This document shows, one piece after another, positions 26,001 to 37,579 of a stretch of 64,000 nucleotides of DNA. The notes under the pieces are model-generated. The model saw only the letters and a program-made list of their open reading frames with translations. It was not told the origin of the DNA and did no database searches. The translations under genes were made by a program, and so were the position numbers. The stretch's first letter is position 1; each line of letters opens with the position of its first letter. The stretch is from Chlorokybus atmophyticus (taxonomy: Eukaryota > Plantae > Mesostigma and Chlorokybus algae): positions 379,500 to 443,499 of the forward strand of contig RHPI01003369.1 of the NCBI GenBank assembly GCA_009103225.1, written 5' to 3'.

Positions 26001-29000
26001 TAACCGTGCACTCCAATGCAGTCTTTGCGGTAGGTTGAGTGTGCAACGTAAATTCGCAGCTTGCTTGATGTGGGTGCAATCACACGAGTCGGTATGCTGT
26101 AACACAATCCATGACAGTCTACTACTGCGACCATGTGTAACGCATTGTGTGTTCAGGACACTGCTGCATTGGCAACAGTTATTGTTCGCCATGGTGGCTA
26201 CATGGTCAAAGTGCACGGAGAAGGTGCAGTAGTTGGGGAAATGGCTGGCGTGCAACACGATTGCAAGGAGGAGGCTGGTCACTGCGATGGCAGTGGGTCA
26301 CTGAATGCAAACAGGTAAGTTTGCATGTTGTGTGTTCATGTTAATCCTACCATGGTAGCTGACGGTGTTGGGTGTTTGCTGTAGCCTGCGCACAACTCTA
26401 CACAGTGAGCCTGCGGTGACCTTAGACGAGGGTCGGGAAGTGTTGCTTGCTATGCTGAAGGAGAGCCAGCTTGACGAGGAAGCAGAGCGAGAACCCCCTA
26501 TTGTGCGCTGGGAGTTGGGCGCGTGCTGGTTGCAGCATCTGCAGGTTCATTGGGTTGTTTCAATCTCGTTACTACTTGGCCTTGTCTTTAGTTTGTCATT
26601 GGGGTAACTAGTGTCCTGTTTGATAGGCCCCGAAAAAAGCCGTTACAATGGCTGACAAAGATGCAGATGCTTCCAAAGGCGACTCAAAAAGGCACACTTC
26701 AAGTAGTAGCAGGAGTAAGCATGCAGTAGTCTCTTCTGCAGCTACTACGGTCAATGGAGCGGCTGACACAAATCCGACTTCCCTTGCTGGCACTGCAGCT
26801 GAGCCGAGCTCTCCTCAGAGCCTGCAAGATTGTGTAGGTAGCAATGCATGTTCTCGGCTGCAGGCAGCCAACATTGGCCTACATACCAAGGTGACAACTT
26901 GTTGTGCATCCAAGCATGCAGTCACAGTCACTGCTTGTAGAGATTATCTTACACTGTCTCACTGACTGTGGCCAGACTGTTGATGAGCTTGTCGAGGGTG
27001 CACGGAACTTCTACCAAGATACAGCTCTGCCACGGCTGGTAGCCGACTGTGCGTCATTGGAGTTGAGCCCAGTGGATGGACGGACATTGACCGATTTTAT
27101 GCATGCTCGAGGACTGCACATGTGCTCTCTTGGCAAGGTATGTTGTGTGCACAGCGCTGCAGCTCATGAGCGCTTCATGAGCATGAAGTTGTGCATAAGC
27201 CTACGAAGTGTACGAGTACAGCTCTTGGTCTGTTGCTCAGGTTGCAGAGCTGTCTGAAGACCTTGCGCACTTGAAAGCTCTCTGTATTCTTGAAATGGTC
27301 TCAAGGGCTTTGAAGCGATTGGTCCGGGCTGTCATGGCTGCAGCTAGTGGGTCTCAAACTGGCTTGGCCGCTGTCCTGGCTGCCACCTTCAACGCTGTGT
27401 TTGGTTCGGACTTAGAAGGCAGTCAAGTTGAGTTGGGATGCACGCTCTGGAAATGGACACAGAGGTACCAACTATCACTTGCCTCAGCCATGATCATGTG
27501 CCCCCCACCCCCCCACCTCCCCTCGTTGGATGAACTCGCAACAGCGTGTTGGCATTTGTAAAGCCTATCCCTCTGATTATGTGTTTGTCGGCGGCTGCTA
27601 ACAACTTGTTTTCCATGCACAGGTTTGTACAGGCAAGATTCCGATACTGTGTGCTCGATGAAGCACTGCCCAGGCTACGACGTCTTGCACTACTGCGGGC
27701 TATCTGCACCAGGGTCGGCATTGAAGTCGCCGCCAAAGACTACAACTTCTCTACACCCACCCCGTTTGAGCCTGCTGACATTGTTGCTGTGTACCCTGTA
27801 TACCAGCATGTCCCATTCTCTTCTGCTGATGGACGCAGCCTTATGGAGGTCTCAAAGGCCGCTTTGGACCGTGGAGAGTTAGATGAAGCCTTCAGCAGTG
27901 CCACACAGGTAATGTAACAAGCCTGAATGTACCCAGCTGTGTGACAACCGGGAACAGTCATTGAACCCAGAACAGAAGGGTGGATATTGTCTGTCAGTAT
28001 GCGTGCAGGCATGCATGTTAGCTGCACAAATCATGCCATTTCACGTTTCTGCAGGCTCTTGGGAAGCTCTCTGCAGTCTTTGGTGCATGGCACTGCGTGA
28101 CTGCTGGCGCCTACAGTCTGCTTGCTGTTGTGCTATATCACAAGGGTGATTTCCTGCAAGCTGCGGTCTACCAGCAAAAAGCTTTGCACATCAATGAAAG
28201 GGAACTGGGACTTGACCATCCTGACACCATGAAGAGCTATGGAGATCTTGCAGTGTTCTATTACCGTCTGGAACACACAGAGCTTGCACACAGGTACAAG
28301 GTGACCAACAATTTCATGTCCCCTAGCACGTCGTGCGTGCTCGTGCAGCAGCACTCGTGTGCGCAACGCAACCAGCCACTGTTCAGAAGCTCACCAGCAC
28401 CTTCTTGCTTGCAGATATGTCAGTCGTGCTTTGTATCTGCTGCATTTGACGTGCGGCGCATCACACCCAAATACCGCGGCCACCTACATCAACGTGGCCA
28501 TGATGGAGCAAGGCCTGGGGCATGTGCATATATCCCTGCGGTATCTGCATGAAGCGCTTATGTGCAACAAGCATCTGCTTGGCCCAACTCATGTGCAGGT
28601 CCGTGCTGTACTTGTTTGCAACAACTGTCCCAGACTATTGCCTTGGAAGGGCTATAGGACTGATTGACAATCAGCACCTTGAACCTCATGTACTTACCAG
28701 CTGACAAGCATTTGCACACAGACTGCAGCCAGCTATCATGCCATCGCCATTGCTCTTTCGTTAATAGAAGCATACACGCTGAGCGTGCAACACGAGCAGA
28801 CTACCCTGTCTATTCTAGAGGCCAAGCTGGGTGCAGATGACATGCGAACACAGGTTCGTTCCGCATGGTTGGAGTATTTGTCATGTCATTTCGGTTCCCT
28901 TGCCAGTTACCTGCCTCCTGTTGCCTTATTCCTGAGTATTTGCGTCTATAGGATGCGGCTGCATGGCTGGAGTATTTTGAGTCAAAGCTGGAAGAGCAGC

Positions 29001-30672
29001 AAGCAGACATCAGCGGACGTCCTTCGCAGTCAGGCATCTCAAACTTGTTTGAAGGCGGGGCATACCCCTGGGATGATGGCGATTATGGTCAGTTGTTTTG
29101 TGCGTACATTGCTGCTGTCATGTTAGCAGGCCTCGCTTGCTGCATTTGTCCAAAAAGCTTCTGCCGGCGCTTGTTGAACCGCTAAGCTCCGCAGGAAATG
29201 GCCATATCAATGGAATGACATCGATGCGTCGCAAGCAGTATGCTGACAAGATGGCAGCATCCCTTATTGCTGAAGAGGAGGAAGAGAGGGTCAAGAAGCA
29301 GGCCACTGCGGATAAAGGCAAGAAGAAGAAAAGCAGGTTTGCAGAAGGTCCCACAGCCTGCGCCTCAGATATACCGGTGACAGATGAACGCATTGGGCCC
29401 GCAGCCCTGCAGTCCACTGCTGTCTGTGACTTAGCACACGCAGCCGCTCCAGCAGCAGACCCCTCCAACAATGAAGTCCACGCACCCTTGCAGGAGCTGC
29501 CATCAGCAGATGTGTCCGTTCGTGCAACACTTGAAGACAATAGTAGCATAGATGGTTCGCACAGTCACCACCAGCTGTCGGATACATGTTCGCCTTGCAG
29601 TTCAGAGTGCGACTCTGCTGCCAGCTCCACGTCAAGTGGCGGTTGCTGGACGAGCCCCCTAAAGAAGAAGAAGTCAAAAGAGCATTCAAGACCTGCCCCT
29701 GCACCTGCACCTCCATCAAGGGCAAGCATTCGACCTAGCTCAGCAAAGAAACCTCCTGCTGGCAATGGCGTAGCGACTGTTTCTTTTACTGCTTCCCCTG
29801 TGCATCAACCCGCATCCCCGCAAGAATTGGGCCCTACGTTGTCCAGGGCTCAATCTCTGCCACAGTTGGCTAACCAGCCACCGCCTTCCCCGCAGACATT
29901 TGCTGTAAACTGCCCCTGCCAGCCCTCATCCAACACTGCTGCCCACACGCCACATGGCAGCCCCAACCTTGCACCATCGAATGGTGCGTTGCTGTCATAC
30001 AAGGAGATGCTGACGCAGCAGCAGCAGCAAACATTGTGCAATGCGATACCCCCTCCGCAGCATTCAGTGTTTCTGCACACGAAGCAACCTCCAACTCCAA
30101 CTTCTCTGCCAGCTGCACAGCAGCAGATTCCCTCTCAGCAGCATTTTCCATCTCAACAGCAGCAACAGCAGGAAGGTTTCACGGACCACTCGTTGTTTTC
30201 GCAGCCAATGCCGCTGCTCAATCATGCGGGCAGCAATGGAAACGGCTGGGCCGGAATGCGCAGCAACGGAAACGGTTTGGCAGCTGACTGGGCTTACATT
30301 CGCAACAGTGCCACACCAGACTGGTGGGGAGTCAACCGCAGTGTCCCTCAGCAGTTGTCCCACAATGATAGTCATTCATCGCCCGGCAGTCAGAGCCCCC
30401 GTCCGGGATCGGCTCGCAGTGGTTCCGATGTGGCTGGCAGTGACATGCTCTCTGGCTTTTCAACATACGGCGGTCGCTGGCCCGAGTCGGCTATCCGTGC
30501 AGACATCGCGCACAAGCAGCATGTGGGTCTGCAGAATTCTTTGTTGCACATGCGTAGCATGCAGTTCACAGGCATGGGGATGCAAGAACTTGAAGAAATG
30601 GAGCAAGAGCTTTGGGATGTTATGCAGCGTGTAGTCCAGGCCAAAGTTGATGCCAAGGTATTGCCTGCTTGA
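23073..30672 (+). CDS. TSS: TSS / REDUCED CHLOROPLAST COVERAGE (Clu/CLUH-family, CLU_N + CLU + TPR) protein
   Basis: Exon 1 23073-23121, intron to 24299, then [124 protein letters not shown], and TPRs [25 protein letters not shown] and [15 protein letters not shown]. These match REC1/TSS motifs. The stop is either 30672 or, via a last mini-exon, 30799. Confidence 0.92.
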
Positions 30673-31695
30673 CATGGCTCAATTGCTTGCTGGTGATGTT
30701 GTTTGTTATCGGTCAGGCCTAGCTCTACTGCAGAAGCCATGTGCACAGTAGTAAGCTCACTGATTTGGCACCTTCACGCAGGTCAAACATGCACATTAGA
30801 CAATGTGCTGAGCTTGGCAGCTCCGGTACGCGCGTGCTCAATGTCCTTGCAGAAACTTCAACACCATTCATATGGAATGGTAATTTGGCATTCCCTCCTT
30901 GAGCAAAGTAGCTGTGCAGTGCTGATTGGTAGGTTTACATGTCATCAGGATGCATGAGTGGAGTGTCATATGTGCAGTGTTGGTTAGTGCGAATTGCGGT
31001 TGCATTTCGCGTGTACATATTGCATTCACATAGAACTGTTAGTGTAGTGTGCCCCTAGTATGTGGCAGTTGGTAGTGCGTGTACATTGTGTGTACATAGC
31101 TCACATAGTGCTCCTGGCAGTGGTTATGCGAAACTGAAGCAACATTGGTTTCACCATGATGTGCTGCACCAGCTGGGTGTTGATGTCTCAGCAGGGTGTT
31201 TACACAAGGTACTGTATGAAAGGTGCGATTTCGTAACATGCACGAAACCCCTGTGAAGCACTTGCAGGACATGTAACTGAGACAGCCTACCTCTTTTGCA
31301 ACCATGTGTGCACGGTGGCATAATCTCCATTAGTGCTGATTTAGACAGCAAATGAATCATGAGTTAGCTCGAGGCACGGTGGTGGCGGCGATGCCGGGCT
31401 TGGCACCAGGCCCACCCACTACGAAGTCGGACACGGTGCTGGCACAGACAATCACTGTCTAGTTGTTAGCGTTGCCGTGACGTGTACACAAGGCCAATGC
31501 AGCATGCACTGAGTGCTTCACACGCGTTCAGCATGTGTACAAAAGATGTAAGGTACAACTCATACATGCAAATCTATGAACACGTGTATGTACAAAAGGA
31601 GTATGGTACTGTTCTGCCTAAGCTATCATATGGGTGTGACATTGCATGCAGCAGCAAGCACACGCTCCACATCAACACGGCAGCCCGTGTGGGCA

Positions 31696-31905
31696 GTGAT
31701 AATGGAACATACATGCATGCATACATGACTAACGGGGTAGCCAAGTAGTGGTAGTTGAGTGCGTTAGAAGTACCTAGCCCGGTGGTGAAATAGCACTGTG
31801 ACTGCTGCTGACTGTTTGCTTGCGGCGTGTGCATGACTACATGCATGTCTCATGCTTATGACCCCTTGCATGCGGTCTTATCAGCACTCCATCTTTTGTA
31901 CACTG
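31696..31905 (+). repeat. Foldback-family repeat copy (near-identical to 32339-32548 and inverted 41996-42175)
   Basis: gtgataatggaacatacatgc...catgactaacggggtagccaagtagtggtagttgagtgcgttagaagt...cttatcagcactcc.tcttttgtacactg aligns by eye almost base for base with 32339-32548. Confidence 0.9.
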
Positions 31906-32234
31906 GTTGGTGTGCGTGACATGTGCTGCTGTGTAGTGCAATGTTGATAGAGGTGCTGGACCGGGAGCACCTTGCATGCCTAGCTAGCATGGTTAGGGCA
32001 CACCCCGTTGGCCATGCAGGGCAGTGCATCGCCTCCGCCTGCGGTCTTATCAGCACTCCATCTTTGGGAACACAAGACCAAGCAAGGGACGTGGTCAAGT
32101 ACACGGGGAGCAGATCCACCTGCCCGTGTGATCGGGATTGGCGTACACAGCGACTGCCTGGCTAGTGTGATGTCATGCTGACATATGCATGTGAAATCTT
32201 AACAACTAAGCGGCTGCCGAGTGATGGCAGTGCG

Positions 32235-32629
32235 TTAAGTGAGCTGGCGGCGGCAAGGGGGAGAGAGGGGGGAGTTCGTTGAGTCTGCTGCTGTCGTGGA
32301 CGCTGCAAGGCTGACCGCTAACCACACCCGTGCCACAGGTGATAATGGAACATACATGCATGCATGCATGACTAACGGGGTAGCCAAGTAGTGGTAGTTG
32401 AGTGCGTTAGAAGTATCTAGCCCGGTAGTGAAATAGTAATGTGACTGCTGCTGACTGTTTGCTTGCGGCGTGTGCATGACTACATGCATGTCTCATGCTT
32501 TTGACCCCTTGCCTGCGGTTTTATCAGCACTCCCTCTTTTGTACACTGCCAGTGTACAACCACCGGGTTTATGTACAGTACCACCTTCACTACTACACTA
32601 CTACTACTTCGCCTACCCCGTTAGACATG
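32235..32629 (+). mobile_element. Composite repeat copy containing a complete MITE-like foldback (32367-32629)
   Basis: The ends CATGACTAACGGGGTAG (32367-32383) and CTACCCCGTTAGACATG (32613-32629) are inverted repeats at 16 of 17 positions. The inner AGCCCGGTAGT / ACCACCGGGTT motifs are also inverted. Confidence 0.6.
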
Positions 32630-32921
32630 CATGTGTTTACTAAAAGTGCAATGCGATCGGCAACCGCACATGCATCGTTGTATGCCTCGGGTTGGTTGCT
32701 CCAATGGTGACTGCTGCCTATCCACCTCACCCACCATTACATAGCACAAATGAGCACTTGGTGTAGCGTGAGGTGGCGGCCCCAGGTATAATGCAACTTG
32801 TCCTTGCCTGCTTTGCCTTGCTTGCTACGCACGTTCTATATTTAAGCACAGCTTGACTGCATGGTTGACCACGACTTATACCCTATGCAACATAGCATAT
32901 TGCACATTGAGCATTGCACCA

Positions 32922-33133
32922 CCTAACTGCCAGCAGCGACGCTGGCGCCCTGCACGGTGCAGTGCTGACGTTGGCAGGACGCAGCGAGGGTTAGGGTGGC
33001 AGCACAGAACGTAGCATACATGGCGGAGAGAGTGGCGGGTAACAGGGAGAGCAGCAGGGAGGGAGTCGTCGTCCTTGCTTGGCGTGCTTGCCATTAACAC
33101 CAGCGACTAACAACAGCCCGTGTGGGCAGGTAA
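32922..33133 (+). repeat. GC-rich module of the composite repeat (homologous to 13395-13612)
   Basis: Shared blocks cctaactgcc, gcagtgctgacgttggca, cgagggttagggt, gggagggagtcgtc, cagcccgtgtgggcaggtaat. Confidence 0.8.
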
Positions 33134-33691
33134 TCACAAATGCGTGCATGTCCATGCATACGGTATCATAAACATGCATCAAGCCATAGCTAGACAAGTA
33201 GAACAATACAACTGCACAAGACAATATAAGATTTGCATGTCCAACGGGGAGGGCTAATGTATGTAGGCTAGGCACAACCTCAATTGGTCTACTCTCGTTA
33301 GATGACTTGGCTTTAAGGGAATAACCCCACCAAGATTGTAGAATATCAACAGACCAATAGTTTTACAGGATATCTTTGGTTAATGGAATAGCTATAGTCT
33401 GCTGCGTAGCATTTATTGTCTTTTACGTAATAAGACCAATGTTGCCGCGTAAATGTCCTAGTGGTGATGTGCTCTTTTGGGGTAACGGTGTTGTGCGTAA
33501 GGGCACAAGTGCTTGCTTGTGCCCTTTTGCACATGCAAGTGTTTTTGTGCCCTAAGCCGCCACATTACTTGCAGAGGCATTGGTTATTCCGTGGAAGCGC
33601 GGTAAGCTGCGGCGGCGCCCCACTTGTTGAGCCAGTCGAGTTATAGTAGCCTGCATGACATGTTGTACCGTATTTGTGCGAATACGCCCCC

Positions 33692-34348
33692 NNNNNNNNN
33701 NNNNNNNNNNNNNNNNNNNNNNNNNNNNNNNNNNNNNNNNNNNNNNNNNNNNNNNNNNNNNNNNNNNNNNNNNNNNNNNNNNNNNNNNNNNNNNNNNNNN
33801 NNNNNNNNNNNNNNNNNNNNNNNNNNNNNNNNNNNNNNNNNNNNNNNNNNNNNNNNNNNNNNNNNNNNNNNNNNNNNNNNNNNNNNNNNNNNNNNNNNNN
33901 NNNNNNNNNNNNNNNNNNNNNNNNNNNNNNNNNNNNNNNNNNNNNNNNNNNNNNNNNNNNNNNNNNNNNNNNNNNNNNNNNNNNNNNNNNNNNNNNNNNN
34001 NNNNNNNNNNNNNNNNNNNNNNNNNNNNNNNNNNNNNNNNNNNNNNNNNNNNNNNNNNNNNNNNNNNNNNNNNNNNNNNNNNNNNNNNNNNNNNNNNNNN
34101 NNNNNNNNNNNNNNNNNNNNNNNNNNNNNNNNNNNNNNNNNNNNNNNNNNNNNNNNNNNNNNNNNNNNNNNNNNNNNNNNNNNNNNNNNNNNNNNNNNNN
34201 NNNNNNNNNNNNNNNNNNNNNNNNNNNNNNNNNNNNNNNNNNNNNNNNNNNNNNNNNNNNNNNNNNNNNNNNNNNNNNNNNNNNNNNNNNNNNNNNNNNN
34301 NNNNNNNNNNNNNNNNNNNNNNNNNNNNNNNNNNNNNNNNNNNNNNNN
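33692..34348. other. Assembly gap (657 N)
   Basis: Run of n characters. Confidence 1.
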
Positions 34349-37300
34349 GGGGCCTTATTCTCTCTCCACTAACAGCAACATCGTCACACCAAGCTACGTA
34401 CTGTCATCCCTGCCTATCACTGCACAAGCATACTCACACTTATTAGACGGGGGGGTAGTATATCTGCTCAGCGTTACGCTGCGTCGCGGCAGATACGCGA
34501 CGTAGCGTAACTGCGCGGCGTATCTCGCGCCTACCGCCAGGCGATTGGCGCAAAATACGACGGAAACAGGCTACGGAGGTTCCGGCGGCGACATGGGTGG
34601 CGGCAGCGGTGGCGGCCGTGGCAATGCCACGGTCATAGTCGTCCTCAATCATGCCTTGAACAACCTATTTCATGTGCTTTTATGCACGCCTCCACCTATT
34701 AATACACCCACCCACCCACCCCAGGGGTTGTACTAGAGTAGGGGGGTTTGTATGACAAACAAAGCCCCCCTGCATACTTTAAGGGGGTGGGTGGGTGGGT
34801 GGGGTGGGGTATAAAGGGGGGGGCGGGGGGGGATTGTATTGGATGAATACGGTATTGGTGGTGATGGCCTCGCATATGCATGCTGTTTGGTTGTCCACGC
34901 ACATACAAAGCAATATGCTCATGTATACATTTATGTAGAATCCATATGATTTATGCCTGCGTGCGCGCCAATGTACATGCACACAAACATTGGCGGCATT
35001 ATGATTATTAATCTATGCATGTTGTCGCACAACACTAAGTTATTTTGTTGCTTGATTTACGTAAAACTCATTACTGGTCATTTACATGTAAAACGCACAC
35101 ACTTCGCAAATAGCATATTTATTCTTGTAAACGCTCATGCGCTTATCCGGCAGGACCCCCATCAAGAGAATACATACTCTCTTTATGTAAAAGAATATAT
35201 ATTCTTGAAAACGCCAAATAAATAACCCCGTTATTGGCATGGATCAATGCAGGATAAACGTGATTTTTATAACGAGGGTGGACTGTACCATGGACATGTA
35301 TTCATCTAATGTTGGTGCTGCACCATGCGTAACCGCACACCACACACACAACCGCACGTCACTACGCTAACAAGCTACGCGCTAACAAGCTACGCGCCGC
35401 GTCCGCCTTGGTGGAGGGCTAGTAGTAGATTAGCCCGATGATAACAATAGTGAGGTGTATAATAGTGTGGATTATCCACAATCAACACTGTGGCACTGTT
35501 GATTGGTGCGCAAGTTACAATAATAGCACAACAGCACGTCATATATTATGTACATACACATAACGGGTAGGTGGATGGCAAGTACTGTACCGTACAGCAG
35601 TAGGCTAGACTAGCCTAGCCTCAATGAGCGGCATAGCTATGGATCCTTATGAGCAATCCGGATAGCTATCCTACTGTAGCATGTAACCCGGAGGTGATGC
35701 GTATGTTGAAGCATGGTGTGATATTACTTGCATGTGCGTTATCCACCTTGCATCTTTTGTACACCTTCACGCTACTCGACCACCAAGCTACACCATGCGC
35801 TTGCAAACCTACCTTTTGCCGCAAACCCTACCTCTGCGTGTGCCTGCGTGTGTGCGTCTGTGCAAAGTTGTATGCGTGTTTATAGGAAGCCTCTTGTGCA
35901 GTTAAACATTGCCAAACATAATGATATAACATTGAGAGAGGGGTTGGTTACCCCTTGTTGTTGTGTAAATTACACAGCAACAACATATGTCATCACAGAC
36001 ATTATAATGATCGCAAATACGCAGTTGCATGCATGCACACGCTCACACATGCACGCGCACGCGCGCATGGTTGCGCACGGATGCACGCATGCGCCCGCAG
36101 GTACTGTTACACAAATTGGAACACCCTCTCCCTACGTAGGGAAGGGGTGTTTGAGGGTGTTTGTAGTATGTACTTGGGTATCCAAGTACTACACTACAAA
36201 TACCCTCAAGGGATCGGCTTTGGCAAGTAACCATGCGTAATATCATGCAAGATGTGCAGGATCAATAGCAAGCAAGGGATGTGGGATTGACACAAGCAAA
36301 GGTTGTATCCCTACCTGCACATGTAGCGTACAGAAGCAGCAAGTGAGGGCAAAGACGCCTGCGACGCCGCGGACGATGCTGACGACAATGCACAACGATG
36401 AGCAAACATGTAGCGAAGTGGGTTTGGGACAAGCTAGTTGTTGCGTTAGCACACAAATTGAGTGGATAAGCGCTTTTCCACATCAGTTTGTTAGCGCATA
36501 TTGGTTGCAGTCTAGCGCAAGTATGATACTGCTGTTACGGTCGCTCGCGGTGGGTGGCATGCTCTTTTCATGTCCACCTAACGCGTCCACACCAACCTTG
36601 TTAAGAGTTGTGGCCTCGCTTACCCAATACATCTTTATGTAAGTGGTGATTGCAAGGTGTGTACATTGTTGATGGGTATGTGTGATGTTGGGATAAACAA
36701 CGCTCTCGTGCATATAGTACTGTTTGTATAGTAGTTGTTGCATAGCACACCACAGACCAGTTTGTTATCATATGCTATTGTATATCCAAATGTTCGCAAG
36801 GTTTCGGACTACAGCTCTGGCGCCACATTGGTACCACAACGACATCGGCTTACCGTGGCGCTTTGCGTGACATGTGGGGATTGTGCACGCTTTGGTCGGT
36901 GCCACTGCCTGCCTCTGCTGCCTTCTACCTACGTTTGGGTGTGCTTGCAGTTATTGTTCACACATGAAGTCGTTAGGGGCTTGGGCCAGCCCTTGGCATT
37001 GTGCATTGTGAATGTTTGCCGTGCTTGCTATGCTCTGAACTATTACCTGCACTTGTGCCTTGTTTTTGGTCCATAATATTACAATTCTCTGATAATAAGA
37101 CTGACCGGTTAATTGAGTTTGATAACGACTTACCCACGACAATCAATGAAGTGTGGAGCTTGAAATGCATTGCAACTTAAACATTACTTCCTATGTAGTC
37201 ATCACAATAAAGCCAGCCAACTAGTTAGCTTGACAAGTTATTTGACAATGCATGCGTCTGCTGAGTGCTGCAGCTTAATCAACAGATCAGTAGTTTCAAC

Positions 37301-37579
37301 CCTGAGACAAGGTTAGCTGAAATTGGCAATGAAATGTCTGGCAGCTCGTACACACAAATGCCCACTGCAACTCTTGTACACATGCGTGCCCAAGACAACC
37401 AGGCTGCAGATCTATACAATGTCTGCCTAGCAGCAAACAACTTCTTTGTGTTAGCAAGCAGCATGCAGGCAAACCAGCTTGCAGAACGCGCTGCAGCACT
37501 GCAGCGCAACATATCACCAATACACGTGCCTCGTAGCTGGCACAATAGGTGCTGTGGATCAAGCCACAGAAACTAATAG

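Noticed and set aside
31696-33133. Repeats as a CRISPR array
   Set aside because: Units are over 200 bp, irregularly spaced and dispersed, with no cas genes, in a eukaryotic context.
33624-34505. Three long ORFs in the track (232-293 aa)
   Set aside because: They are artefacts of reading through the N gap.
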